Below, one piece after another: positions 23,838 to 41,665 of a stretch of 64,000 nt of DNA (position 1 is the stretch's first letter; every line of letters starts with the position of its first letter). This DNA comes from Flaccisagitta enflata (taxonomy: Eukaryota). Made by a program: the position numbers and the translations under genes. The stretch spans positions 12,648,001-12,712,000 of the forward strand of contig OZ231126.1 in NCBI GenBank assembly GCA_965153355.1. The letters run 5' to 3'. The notes under the pieces are model-generated. The model was given only the letters and a program-made list of their open reading frames with translations, did no database searches and was not told the DNA's origin.

Positions 23838-24360
23838 TTTTTGGGCAGCGGTCCTGAAGGGGACGAAGTCCTGTAGTACACAGGAGGACTTTTGTTCGTC
23901 ATTCCGTCATTCCGTCCGTTCGTCTGTTTGTCCCCCCTAGGCCCTCTCAGACCTGAAATTTGCCCTTTCAGGCCTGAAATTTAACCTGTCAGGCCTGAAA
24001 TCTGCCCTCTCAGGCTTTGAATCTGCCCTCTTGGGCCTGAAATCTGCCCTCTCAGGCTTTAAATCTGCCCTCTCAGGCCTTTGATCTGCCCTCTCAGGCT
24101 TTGAATCTGCCCTCTCAGGCCTGAAATCTGCCCTCTCAGGCCTGAAATCTGTCCTCTCAGGCCTGAAATCTGCCCTTGCAGATTCCAGGCCTGAGAGGGC
24201 AGATTTCAGGGCTGAGAGGGCCTTGGGGGAACGGTCGGATGGACGGACGGAATGATGAACAAAAGTCCCCCTGTGTTCTACAGGACTTCGTCCCCTTTGG
24301 GGCCGCTGCCCTGCTTCCTCTTACTCCATCTAACATTCATGCAAAGCAGGGCAACGGGTA

Positions 24361-24365
<5 letters not shown>
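23838..24365 (+). mobile_element. DINE-1-like family A copy (mirror 48038-48553, which keeps the full 3' tail)
   Basis: Subterminal IR and 21-bp repeat ggcctgaaatctgccctctca. Confidence 0.7.
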
Positions 24366-24410
<45 letters not shown>

Positions 24411-25940
24411 TCCTCTTTCATCACGAGAGTATGTTCTCACAATCTCATGAAAGACAAAAATTGAGTTCACATTTGAAGGTCTCAAAAATCTCCGACTCTC
24501 ATTCATTACTATTTCATGGTAATTGAAGGGTAGATATTCGTCGGGGTGGGGGGCTAAAGTGGTGATTGGGGGTCGGGATGAATGTCAGAGGAACGGAAAA
24601 GGGGAGGGGGTAGTATAGTATGGTGGAGGTTGGGATTAATGCGAGACTTACAGATTGACTTAGAATGACCTAGAATGACTTAGTTTACCCTAAAATGACT
24701 TTAAATGACTTAAAGAAATAAAACTGATAAAAAAAAGTGAAATAGGGACCAACCAACCGACCGACGGATCGACCAACCGACGGACGGACAAAGCAGGGTG
24801 TAGAGTCGCGTGCACGCGACTAAAAACTGCAGTCTATCATCATAATTCTGGAAGTTTATCTTTATGGTAACTAGCGGTCAAGAGCACAGTAATTAAACTG
24901 TGCAATTATTTATCAAGCATGTATTTTAGCTCGCTGACAGATAGAGGTAATGTTAGAGCCGGTGGGCGATTATGTAAACTCATGACCTGTATCACGGAGC
25001 TATCTAATGATTAGTAAAGAAGATGGTAACGTCACAAGAACGTGCAATTTCGATTTACAGAAGCATTCAAAGAATAAACAAATAAAAAACATGTGCGAAG
25101 TATGACTTTTATCTGTTTGGGCTAAATTGAAAAAACTTGAATGAAATAATGTCCTCGGCAACCAAAGAAAAAAAACAAAAGAAAAAAGATAAAAGAAAGA
25201 TGACTCCGTATGCCAAGGAGACAAAAGATTGGAAACAGGAAAGAAAAAAGTTCACCTTGCTTGTTTTTCATGCGAAGCTTGTTTTCGTGAGATCGTTACG
25301 CTTTCATGCAAATTAGGGTACAACACATTCTCTTTCTCTTTTTTCCCTCCCTTCCCGACTGTAAGCAGCTCACTGGCTCTGCTCACTAAGCCTTGGGGGC
25401 CCTAATTTTCTTCTTTTTATTCTTCTTTCTATTTTGTGTTCCATGTTCATTTTCATTTTTCCCTACTTATTTCGTTTTTTTTCTTTTTCACATTCCTGTT
25501 TTTTCCATGGTTTCGGTCTTCTGGTTTTTCAACGTGAATTTTCTTCTTTCTTGGTTATTCTTTTTTGGTCCCAATTCTGGGTGACAAATTGCCACCCCAA
25601 AAATCACGTCTGAGCAACGAGGGCGGAAAAATGAGCGAAGAAATGAGCAAAAAACGACGACTTCAACGGCTGAGGGGGCAAGAAAGGAGACATGGCAAAA
25701 TGGAAATGGCGGGGTGACGCAAATATGGCGGAAAATAGGGCGAGGAGGAAAAGGAAAGGAAGGAAATCAACATGACGGAGGAGGTAAAGAGGGAAAAAGA
25801 AGAAGGAAAAAAAGAAAAAGAAGAAGAAGAAGAAGAAGAAGGAGAAGGAGAAGGAGAAGAAGAAGAAGGAGAAGAAGAAGAAGAAGAAGAAGAAGAAGAA
25901 GAAGAACAAGAGGAAGAAGGAGAAGAGGGAAAGACAAAAA

Positions 25941-25971
<31 letters not shown>

Positions 25972-26019
25972 AAGAAGAAGAAAAAGAAAAAGAAAAAGAA
26001 AAAGAAAAAGAAAAAGAAA

Positions 26020-26065
<46 letters not shown>

Positions 26066-26282
26066 AGAAGAAGAAAAAAAAAATGTGAAGAAGAAGAAAA
26101 CTAAAAAAGTGCAGTATAAAAAGTCGCAAAAGCGTTACATGGTCAGCGGTACCCGATGCCCCTATGTTAGTTTATTTTGTTATTAGATGATGAGTGGGGC
26201 AGCGGCCCCGGAGGGGCCAATGACCTATGATTCCATGCTGGACAATTGCTGGGTCTTTAATACCTAATCTTGGGTCTAAATA

Positions 26283-26890
26283 ACCTTGGGGACAAAAAAA
26301 ATGGCGGATTTTTGAAACCTCTCTTTTGAACCATTACGCGATATAACGTAAAAAAAAATGGATTAAAATTGGTGATGCCTGTAAAGCCCTTCGAAAGATC
26401 TTTCATTTGAGTCGTGTCTGGCATCTGTAGCTTTATTCGTTTAGAAATGGCATAGGTTTGAAGAAAAATATCACCGATTGGAAAAAGGGCAAATATTGTC
26501 TTTTTTTTCGATTAGCAATTTTTGTCTCAACGTTTTTCTTAATAATGCAATTCAGAATTGCCACAGCTACTTGATATCCATGAGCAAATTAAAGAGCATC
26601 AAATTTTCTTCAAAATGGCGCCAAGAACGAATTTCTTACTCAATGCGTTTAGTTTCTATGTTTCAACAAACAAAAACATGCAAATCCTATAGTGAATTCT
26701 CAAATTCCAGACAACCTGTTTTCATCCCAATGCCATTTCTAAACGAAAAAAGCTAGGACAACCAGCAACGTCTCATTTGAAAGATCTTTCGCAGAGCTTC
26801 AAAATGGTCACCGATTTTTTATAGTTTTTCTCAATTTAAGGTAGATAGAATTAGTTTTCCAAAATCCGCCATTTTTTATGTCCCCAAGGT
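26283..26890. mobile_element. TA-target MITE, Tc1/mariner-like (608 bp, left arm only)
   Basis: TIR accttggggaca..aatggcggatttt / aaaatccgccatt..tgtccccaaggt; TA duplicated; empty site near 45463. Confidence 0.85.
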
Positions 26891-27197
26891 TAGCCTGATT
26901 TGAGGTCTTAGTTGCCTGATTTAAGGTCTAAGATGCTTGATTTGAGGTCTGAGAGGTTTCAGAAGCTTGTTTTGGAGCTTAGAGGCCTGATCTTGAGTCT
27001 AATTCAGGGTCGGAGACCTGTTTGTAGGCTGGGAAGGGCTGATGTGGGTCTGATAGGCCTAGTTTGAGGTCTCAAAGATCTGATTTTGGGTTTGAAAGGC
27101 CAGATTTGGATCTGAGAGAACTGAATTAAGTACTGAAATGCCTGAATTAGGGTCTGAGAGGCCTGATTTGAGGTCTGGATGGCCTGATCAGAGGCTC

Positions 27198-27880
27198 AAC
27201 AGGTCGCCCAAGGGCAATATGTGGTCAGCGATACCCGTTGCCCTGCTTTGAGTGATTGTGAATTGGAGTGAGGGGAAGCAGGGCAGCGGCCCCGAAGGGG
27301 ACGAAGTCCTGTAGAACACAGGGGGACTTTCGTTCGTCCTGCCTGCAGAAGTGGGTGAGATGCGATAGAAGGCTGACTGAAGGCCTTCTAGAGCCTAAAC
27401 TGAGGTCTAAGAAGGCTGCTGCCAATTGGAAGATGGGAGGGCTGACTTGAGACTTAAGAGAGCTGGATTAAGGCTTGAAAGGTCAGAGGACTGATTTGAA
27501 GCCTGAGAGCAATAAATTGAGGCTTAGATAGCTGAGAGGCCAGGCTTGAGGCCTGAGGATTTGAATTTGAGCTTAATTTGAGGCCTGAGAGGCCAGGTTT
27601 GAGGCTTCAGAGGCCGGTTTTGAGGCCTGAGAGGCTTGATTTGAGGCCTGAGAGGTTTGACTTGAGGCCTGAGAAGCCGGATTTGAGGCCTGAGAGGCCA
27701 GATTTGGGGTCTGAGAGGCCAGATTTGAGGTCTCAGAGGCCAGATTTGAGGTCTCACAGGCCAGATTTGAGGCCTGAGGAGCCTGATGGGGGGACGAACG
27801 GACGAACGAACGAACTAACGGACGAACGAAAGTCCCCCTGTGTTCTACAGGACTTCGTCCCCTTCGGGGCCGCTGCCCAA
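27198..27880 (-). mobile_element. Helentron/DINE-1-like family A copy nested in a related copy (left arm only)
   Basis: Inserted in an A/T run without clear TSD (empty site near 45155); subterminal IR, (GTYC)n, 21-bp repeats, 3' hairpin gggcaa..ttgccc. Confidence 0.75.
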
Positions 27881-28406
27881 AAAGCCTGATAAGGGGTCTG
27901 TCAAGGCCTGATTTTAGATCTGAAAGGCCTGATTGGGGTTCTTAGAGGCCTGGTTAGGATTCAGGAGGCCTAATTTGAGGTCTGGAAAGCCTGACTTGGG
28001 GTCTGAAAGGCCTGATTGAGGCTCTGAGAGGCCTAAATTGAGGTCTGGAAGGCCTGATTTGGGATCTGATAGGCCTGATTGAGGTCCTGAGAGGCCTAGA
28101 TTAGGGTCTGGAAGCTCTGATTTGGGATCTGATAGGCCTGATTGGGGGTCTGAAAGGCCTATTTTGAGGCCCAGGAGGTTATTTTCTAGGCTCGGGGGGG
28201 GGGAACGGACGGACGGACGGACGGAAACCGGAAAATTTGGAATCATAGGTCATCGGCCCCTCCGGGGCCGCTGCCCAAAAGCAGGAGAATGATTTGTGAT
28301 TTCGTTGGTTCATTTTTGTTTACCCCTTGTTTTCGGAATTCTCTCCCGGCCATCATTGAGTTCCTCATTTGTTTCGTTTCTAGGATACGCGAAACCATGG
28401 TGCTAC

Positions 28407-28646
<240 letters not shown>

Positions 28647-29229
28647 ATTTGGCCTGAAGGCCTCTGGAAACATTGGTAATTCCTGTTTTTGCGTTGTTTT
28701 TTTTTCAAAGGAATCCATGTTTCCTTTTTTCGCCTTTTTTTCATATTTCATTTTTCTCTCTACCTGAAGATTCTCAGTTTTAGGGTTCGTTTGTTTGTTA
28801 AAATTTCATACAAACAGTTATTTCTTGCCCCTTTTGTTCATTGAGTGATCAATTGTGTATATTCTTTTAACCCCATAGGCATAAGCAGTAGGATTGAAAT
28901 TCTGCCTTCACTTGTGAATTGTTCTTCAATTCTTGTAATGGGTACAAAAGTAAAACTCAAGATGCCTTTTATAGGCAATAATGCTAGCAATGATGTTCTG
29001 TTAAGTAGTCAGAAAAAAAAAACACACATAGAAATGTTTAGAATTGTCGCTTCGAATTGTTCCATAACTAAAAACATATGTCGTGTTTCGAACCTTTTCC
29101 ATTTGCGGGGCAGTGTGGAAATCGCGTTGGGAATCGAACAAGAATCACAAAATCGGTTATGACATGGTTAACTTATGAGGGATTTCAAATATCGAAAAAA
29201 AAATCCATTGAATAAGAATGAATGAAATA

Positions 29230-29585
<356 letters not shown>

Positions 29586-29610
29586 GTGGAACCTTTTATT
29601 TGTGACTTTT

Positions 29611-29937
29611 CAGGGGTGTATATTCTTGAGTCGCTTTTGATTTTTTTCCCCCCCCCCTGCCTTTGATTTTCTTCCCCGCGACGCGCCGCGTCATGTTTTT
29701 TTATCCATGATTTTCTTCTCCATATAGCAATAAAACTATGTAGTTAAGGTTTAAATAGTGTTAAATTGTGTTTTACTAATTGAGTTTTATGATTTGGTAC
29801 TGTAAAAAGTTACATTTTCCCCAAATTTCCTTTTTTTCTCTTTTTCCCCCCTTAGATTTCCTTCCCCATCTCCAGACCCTTTGATTTTTTCCCCCCCCCA
29901 CCGGGGGGGGGGGAAAACTCAAGAATATACAGGCCTG
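29611..29937 (+). mobile_element. hAT MITE (~325 bp), family with asymmetric TIRs; left arm only at this site
   Basis: TIR caggggtgtatattcttgag / ctcaagaatatacaggcctg; TSD gactttt / gacctttt (one base missing on the left); empty site near 43965. Confidence 0.9.
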
Positions 29938-30430
29938 GACCTTTTTCTGATGAAGAAAAGCCAAATTCTGCCTTTTATCTTCATTGAAAGCCAAATACGT
30001 GGTCATATCTCCTGTTAACTATACATCGGTCATTCATTCATTCATTCATTCATTCATCCATTCATTCTTTCATTGATTCATTCATTCATTGATTCATTCA
30101 TTTATTCATTTATTCATTCACTCATTGATTTATTGATTGATTGATTGATTCATTCATTCATCGATTTTCAGTTGATCACTCTATGACTAAATCGTTTCTA
30201 TCAATTCATTATTCAATCAACCAATGACTTACTTGATCAGGAACCATTAGTCACCATCAGTTATCATTTTATCAACCCAATACACCATAGATTAACCAAA
30301 TCAAAAATCAACTCGTTGAATAAACTCGTTGAATAAACTCGTTGAATAAATCAGTTGATCAATTCTGCTAATATTCAATACATATATCGATCAATCATTC
30401 AGTCAATGAATTACTCAATCAATCAATCAG

Positions 30431-30507
<77 letters not shown>

Positions 30508-30902
30508 TAATCAATCAATCAATCATTCGGTCGATTAATCTGTAAAATAGCCAGATACTCAGAATAAAAAAATAACAACGACAACAACAGCAACAACCAA
30601 CGACAACCGAAAAACCGCGTGAGAATATTCAAAAAAACTGTTTCATGGCCAACAGACGGACAACACGTGCGTTAAACCATGTCACGTGCCTCTATTGCTC
30701 TCTCTCTCTCTCTCTCTCTCTCCTGTTTCTGTATACATGTATGTCTGTTTATCCTCCTGTCTGTCTGTACCCAGTTTTTTAGGCCTTCTGTTTGTTTGAC
30801 TGTCTGTTAATCTGTATATCTGTGTATGTACTTATCTTCCTGACTTGCGTGCTATGCTACATCTTTTGGTCAGTCATTCTCTTGTCAGTTTGTCTGTCTG
30901 TC

Positions 30903-30933
<31 letters not shown>

Positions 30934-30955
30934 GACTCCTGTCTGTGTCTGTCTC

Positions 30956-30992
<37 letters not shown>

Positions 30993-31006
30993 TCTGTCTG
31001 TCTCTC

Positions 31007-31040
<34 letters not shown>

Positions 31041-31272
31041 ATTCTCCCCTCCTGTGAACACGTGCTCATGATTTAGTTAGACGTGCAATTGACGGCAAGA
31101 GAAGGATTTGATTTTTTATCCACACGCCAATTCACAAACCGATACCTAATGCCCCCCCCCCCTTCGAATGTTCTTTCACATGTGCTCGAATGGTTCACGT
31201 ATTTTGCGTAAGTAGATCGACTCACGCATGCAGTCAAAGCAAACTAGAATTGCTTATCAACACACTGGGGGC

Positions 31273-31361
<89 letters not shown>

Positions 31362-31924
31362 ATAAACACACATTCAAAAATTTTCATCACATAACTGAAT
31401 TTAATGTTTTCTTCTTTCTAATTTGCATATTGCAGTAATTGTAAAATCGATCGCCGAAGATTGAACTGTCTGCTGAGACAAACTAGATTTGCCATATTGC
31501 TGCTATTTACTGACTAATCAGTAAAAGATTTTTTTTTGAATGAAAGATTAGAACAATATTTTTGCATTGGTTAAGACATATTAGAGCCACAAGGAACACC
31601 ACAGAAATTATGCAAACATTATTAATTAATCGCGTGATGAGAGTCATGGACACCTTTCATACTTATATGAAGCCGGGTGATTACCAGGGTACAGTCCGGG
31701 GCCACGGGCCCTGCCACTGTCATCGTCAGCCTTGCGTGATATTCCAGACTGTGTGCTCACCATCATACAAATGATGAAAGGACTGAAGATTTGCGAAACA
31801 TGATTAATGGTTAAAATATGAATGATCTTTACTCCTGCCACTGGGGTGTGTCTTTATCAATCAGTCGTACGACTCATTCAAAAAGAAGCGAAAATCAAGT
31901 CAATTTGATGTGACTTCAACTTAG

Positions 31925-32708
31925 GTAACATGACAACAATTTGACATCAACCGAAGTCACATGACAAGGGTCCGACAACAACCAATGTCACATGGCAATT
32001 ATCTGACATCAACCAAAGTGACATGACAAAGATCTGACATCAACCAATGTCACATGAGATGATGACAACAATTGGACATCAACCAAAGTGACATGACAAA
32101 GATCAGATATCAACCAATGTCACATGACAACACTCTGACATCAACCAAAGTGACATGACAAAGATCTGACATCAACCAATGTCACCTGACAACAATCTGA
32201 TGTCAACCAAAGTGACATGACAAAGATCTGACATCAACCAATGTCACATGACAACAATCTGACATCATCCAAAGTCACATGACAACACTCTGACATCAAC
32301 CAAAGTCACAAGACGACAATCTGACATCAACCAATGTCACAAGACAACTTAACAGCAACACAAGTCACATGACAACGATCTGACACCAACCAAAGTCACA
32401 AGACGACAATCTGACATCAACCAAAGTCAAATGACAACAATCTGACATCAACCAAAGTCACAAGATGACAATCTGACATCAACCAAAGTCACATGACAAC
32501 AATCTGACATCAGCCAAAGTCACAAGACGACAATCTGACATCAACCAAAGTCAAATGACATCAATCTGACATCAACCAAAGTCACAAGATGACAATCTGA
32601 CATCAACCAAAGTCACATAATAACAATCTGACATGATCCAAAGTCACATGACCACAATCTGATATTATCCAAAGTCACATGACAACAATCTGACATCATC
32701 CAAAGTCA
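31925..32708. repeat. 30-bp minisatellite
   Basis: Unit gacaacaatctgacatcaaccaaagtcacat-like, abutting tandem copies. Confidence 0.9.
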
Positions 32709-32777
32709 CCAAGTCTGACGGCCCTCAGGCGCTGACGCAACGAAAAACCATCCCCCATTAAAAGGAGATATGCCCCC

Positions 32778-32903
<126 letters not shown>

Positions 32904-33545
32904 AGAGAGGAAAGAACTCGTCACTCTAGTTTGAATCTTTCATGAGTTAATCTTGATTCTGAGGCAGATGTTGTCGTCGTCCCGTTGTCCGTTCCCTTGT
33001 CCTTTCTCTTGTCCGTCTTATGTCCCACTTGTCCAACATGGATTCACAACCAAATGGCCAACATCATTTTTCAGAGTTTTCTTTTTCACTCTCAGTCGAT
33101 TTTTTTCATTGTTTTTTTGCTTCGTTTTTTTTTGAGTCATCACACAAACTGAGAGGTAAATTTAGAGTAGAGAAATAATGACGAATGATAAAAGATCTAA
33201 CAGTCGGAACTTGCATTGTTTATCCAGAGTGGAGGAGGGGCGGGAAGCGAATATTTCTTGTCCTAATTCTTATCCGAAGATGGTCTGGGGCATCTAACCC
33301 ATCCTCACCCCACGCCCCGTAATCAACACACATACACTAAAGGCATCTAAAACGCTCGTTTTTTCGGCTTTTCGACTCGTACTGACGCAGTGATTACCAT
33401 GAATATCGTGTCCCCTGCTGTGTTGGTCTATCAATCCGTCCGTCTGTCTGTCCGTTTTTTGGTTCTTCGGACCCTCACATTTTTAAATCGCGAGCGGTTC
33501 ATACTCCTGCCCTTCCGACCACGACTGCATTGCCGTGTATCCGTA

Positions 33546-33721
33546 TAGTGGAACCCCGCAATAACAGCCTCGCTTTTAAAGGCTCCCCATCAGTAAAGGT
33601 CAAGATTTTGAGGTCCCAAATGATTATTTTTCATGTGATTTCACCTGTCTTTAAAGGTTATCCTGAGATAAAGATGAAAAATCTTCAGTCCCAGTGGGAC
33701 TGATGAGGCGGGGTCCCACTG
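33546..33721. mobile_element. Small Tc1/mariner(pogo)-like MITE (mirror ~39833-40008)
   Basis: TIR agtggaaccccgc / gcggggtcccact, preceded by TA. Confidence 0.6.
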
Positions 33722-33881
33722 TTGTTTCATTGTCCCCCCCACCAATATCACCTTCACTGCGATGACGCGATTTTCTCGTCCCCAATGTCACTTACTCATC
33801 TTGTCTCATCCAGTCACTTTGATTCATTTTCAGCATCTCTCACTCACTCGCACCCATTCTCATCTACTCATCATACCTTTA

Positions 33882-34393
33882 CAGTCAGTGGACAAAACAC
33901 AATAGGTAGAGAGCTTAACCCGTTGGCTTTGAACCAACTAGCAGGCTGTAAACAACAACGGGTTGTAAAAATTACAGCCGGCTGTCATGCTACAAAGATG
34001 GCAAAAATCCAACTTTCACCAAATAGAATGAGACCTGCAAATTTATAATCGTGGTGAAATTCTGACAAGTTTGATATGTCACAACATATACTTATATGTG
34101 AAATAAAAAAAATTTATCAATGTTTAATAAAGTTACAATGCAATATTAAAAGATTATTTTTTATAAAAAGTATTAAGTGTGACATGTCAAACTTTTCAGA
34201 ATTTCATCAGGATTATGAATATTCTAGTCACGTTCTATTCTATTTAGGTTGGATTTTTGCCAACTTTGTAAGTTGACAGCCGGCTGTAATTTTCACAACC
34301 AGTTATTGTTTACAGCCTGCTGTGTAATAACAGTAGGTTGGATCAAAGCCAACAGAGTGAGCTCTCTACCTATTTTGTTTTGTCCACTGACTG
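33882..34393. mobile_element. Palindromic Tc1/mariner-like MITE spanning the inner end of the left arm; truncated copy at 39378-39672
   Basis: TIR cagtcagtggacaaaac / gttttgtccactgactg, imperfect inverted symmetry over ~200 bp each side. Confidence 0.8.
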
Positions 34394-34552
34394 TTTACCC
34401 GGTTTCATCCACACAACTCCACTTACGATTACTCCCATCTACTGTTACCCATTTTCACTCTCTGACACACACTCTTACCCTTCAAAGTTTGAAAGTAACC
34501 CCCTTCTTCATCATTGACCTCATCGACCCCTGAAGATGAATCCAGATGGGTG

Positions 34553-34597
<45 letters not shown>

Positions 34598-34683
34598 ATC
34601 TTTAGAGAGAAAAAGAGAGACAGAGTTGTCATTCAATCCACGGTGATTGAAAGAGACAGAAGAGAGCGTCACCCCATGAACAT

Positions 34684-34801
<118 letters not shown>

Positions 34802-35448
34802 GAGAGAGAGAAATAGACAGATAGACAGCGATGTCACCCCATGAAGATCAAACTACGAACCGTTTTTATCCACAGGGGAAAAAGAAGAAGAAAAGAAACC
34901 TTTACTTGATAAGCCTGAGAAAAAGAAGAGAACAAAGGAGGAATAAAAAAGAATGAGAAGGAGGATCAGATTAAAACAGATATTCCTTCGTCGTTACAGA
35001 ACTTGTGGAACTCTCGAGATATTCACCAAATGCCATTTGTTGGTATTTTATCAAATCATTCATTTTCAGGGAAAGTGGACAGGTTTTGAGAATGAATCTC
35101 TTGCGAATGACTTCAGAAGGGGTGCGAGGATGCATCGTAAATTCAAAGGTTCTTTTATTTGAAGGAAACTAAGCAGATGCCGGCAGAAACAAGGCCAAGT
35201 AGGCCAACAAGTGCACTGGATGGATCGTCGAGTGTTTGCATCTTTGACTGACCGACGAACCGACGGATGGACAGCCTCTTGTGGACACAGCCTCTTGTGG
35301 ACACAGCCTCTTGTGGACACAGCCTCTTGTGGACACTTTTTTGGCAGACGTAAGAAATGTCTTTGACTGAAAGACACGGAACTGCACACGACATGGAAAC
35401 AGAAATGGACCTTGAATGACTTCAGGGTCACGCCCGCGTGAGGACAGC

Positions 35449-35559
<111 letters not shown>

Positions 35560-36026
35560 GAAGACAAAGAGACAATGCCCCCCCTAAAAAAGACAAGTCT
35601 TAGCTTAGCGCATCTGCTTCGGAAGCCTAAAGGCTTTTTTGACTTCAAACTTCAGTGAATGAATTTGTGCATTGAATCCCGAGGCTTCTTTTTTTGAAGA
35701 TAAGAAGTTAACAGGGGGGTGGGGGGGGGTAGGGGGGGTGAAGTTGATTAAATTGCTTCTTTCGCACTGATTGTGAGTTGATAATCTTGTTTATGTCATT
35801 TGTTTCTGAGGCACGACCGACCGACTTTATCATTTATTATTTTTTGGGGTTGTGGATCTGAAATATCATGCATTACAATTTCACATAACTACGAAGTTAA
35901 GACATTAGATAAGCATAAGAACATAACACCAAATTAAAAAAATTGGTTGGCGAATCGTAATCGCAAGCACCGGTAGTTATTTGCAAATCTGCATCATGAA
36001 AATAAACGACGTGTAAAGTGAAAAAT

Positions 36027-38965
<2,939 letters not shown>

Positions 38966-39193
38966 CTCATGGGCGGTCGATTTTTGACGAGGTAAAGGTG
39001 ATGTATAACCAAGCCAAGTCACGTCAAAAAGGGAAAGTCTTAAAATTTTTAAAACTCTTGTATCTTTCTGGGAGGTTGAATGTGAAAACCATCAAATCGT
39101 CAGGAGAACGTAAAGGTTTTTATGAACGTAAAAAAAAAGAACGAAAATATGGGAGACATATGAGAGTATAAAAAATGAGAGAGAGAAAGAGAG

Positions 39194-39290
<97 letters not shown>

Positions 39291-39321
39291 AAGACAGGAA
39301 GACAGGCTTACAGACAGGCTT

Positions 39322-39378
<57 letters not shown>

Positions 39379-40664
39379 AGTTTGACATGTCACACTTAAT
39401 ACTTTTTATAAAAAATAATCTTTTAATATTGCATTGTAACTTTATTAAACATTGATAAATTTTTTTTATTTCACATATAAGTATATGTTGTGACATATCA
39501 AACTTGTCAGAATTTCACCACATTATAAATTTGCAGAGTCTCATTATTTGGTAGAAAGTTGGATTTTGCATATAACATGACAGCAGCTGTAATTTTTAAC
39601 CCTTGTTTACAGCCTGGTAATTCAAAGCCAACGGGTTAAGCTCTCTACCTATTGTGTTTTGTCCACTGACTGTAAAGGTATGATGAGTAGATGAGAATGG
39701 GTGCGAGTGAGTGAGAGATGCTGAAAATGAATCAAAGTGACTGGATGAGACAAGATGAGTAAGTGACATTGGGGACGAGAAAATCGCGTCATCGCAGTGA
39801 AGGTGATATTGGTGGGGGGGACAATGAAACAACAGTGGGACCCCGCCTCATCAGTCCCACTGGGACTGAAGATTTTTCATCTTTATCTCAGGATAACCTT
39901 TAAAGACAGGTGAAATCACATGAAAAATAATCATTTGGGACCTCAAAATCTTGACCTTTACTGATGGGGAGCCTTTAAAAGCGAGGCTGTTATTGCGGGG
40001 TTCCACTATACGGATACATGGCAATGCAGTCGTGGTCGGAAGGGCAGGAGTATGAACCGCTCGCGATTTAAAAATGTGAGGGTCCGAAGAACCAAAAAAC
40101 GGACAGACAGACGGACGGATTGATAGACCAACACAGCAGGGGACACGATATTCATGGTAATCACTGCGTCAGTACGAGTCGAAAAGCCGAAAAAACGAGC
40201 GTTTTAGATGCCTTTAGTGTATGTGTGTTGATTACGGGGCGTGGGGTGAGGATGGGTTAGATGCCCCAGACCATCTTCGGATAAGAATTAGGACAAGAAA
40301 TATTCGCTTCCCAAATATTCGCTTCCCGCCCCTCCTCCACTCTGGATAAACAATGCAAGTTCCGACTGTTAGATCTTTTATCATTCGTCTTTATTTCTCT
40401 ACTCTAAATTTACCTCTCAGTTTTTGTGATGACTCAAAAAAAACGAAGCAAAAAAACAATGAAAAAAATCGACTGAGAGTGAAAAAGAAAACTCTGAAAA
40501 ATGATGTTGGCCATTTGGTTGTGAATCCATGTTGGACAAGTGGGACATAAGACGGACAAGAGAAAGGACAAGGGAACGGACAACGGGACGACGACAACAT
40601 CTGCCTCAGATTCAAGATTAACTCATGAAAGATTCAAACTAGAGTGACGAGTTCTTTCCTCTCT

Positions 40665-40800
<136 letters not shown>

Positions 40801-40869
40801 GGGGGCATATCTCCTTTTAATGGGGGATGGTTTTTCGTTGCGTCAGCGCCTGAGGGCCGTCAGACTTGG

Positions 40870-41665
40870 TGACTTTGGATGATGTCAGATTGTTGTCATG
40901 TGACTTTGGATTATATCAGATTGTGGTCATGTGACTTTGGATCATGTCAGATTGTTATTATGTGACTTTGGTTGATGTCAGATTGTCATCTTGTGACTTT
41001 GGTTGATGTCAGATTGATGTCATTTGACTTTGGTTGATGTCAGATTGTCGTCTTGTGACTTTGGTTGATGTCAGATTGTTGTCATGTGACTTTGGTTGAT
41101 GTCAGATTGTCATCTTGTGACTTTGGTTGATGTCAGATTGTTGTCATTTGACTTTGGTTGATGTCAGATTGTCGTCTTGTGACTTTGGTTGGTGTCAGAT
41201 CGTTGTCTTCATGTGACTTGTGTTGCTGTTAAGTTGTCTTGTGTCATTGGTTGATGTCAGATTGTCGTCTTGTGACTTTGGTTGATGTCAGAGTGTTGTC
41301 ATGTGACTTCACTTTGGTTGACATCAGATTGTTGTCATGTGACATTGGTTGATGTCAGATCTTTGTCATGTCACTTTGGTTGACATCAGATTGTTGTCAG
41401 GTGACATTGGTTGATGTCAGATCTTTGTCATGTCACTTTGGTTGATGTCAGAGTGTTGTCATGTGACATTGGTTGATGTCTGATCTTTGTCATGTCACTT
41501 TGGTTGATGTCCAATTGTTGTCATCATCTCATGTGACATTGGTTGATGTCAGATCTTTGTCATGTCACTTTGGTTGATGTCAGATAATTGCCATGTGACA
41601 TTGGTTGTTGTCGGACCCTGGTCATGTGACTTCGGTTGATGTCAAATTGTTGTCATGTTACCTAA
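40870..41665. repeat. 30-bp minisatellite, mirror copy
   Basis: Reverse complement of 31925-32708. Confidence 0.9.

Noticed and set aside
31925-32708. Regular 30-bp array (and the 60-bp array at 17963-18600) as CRISPR-like
   Set aside because: Units abut with no unique spacers, no cas genes, eukaryotic context; ordinary minisatellites.
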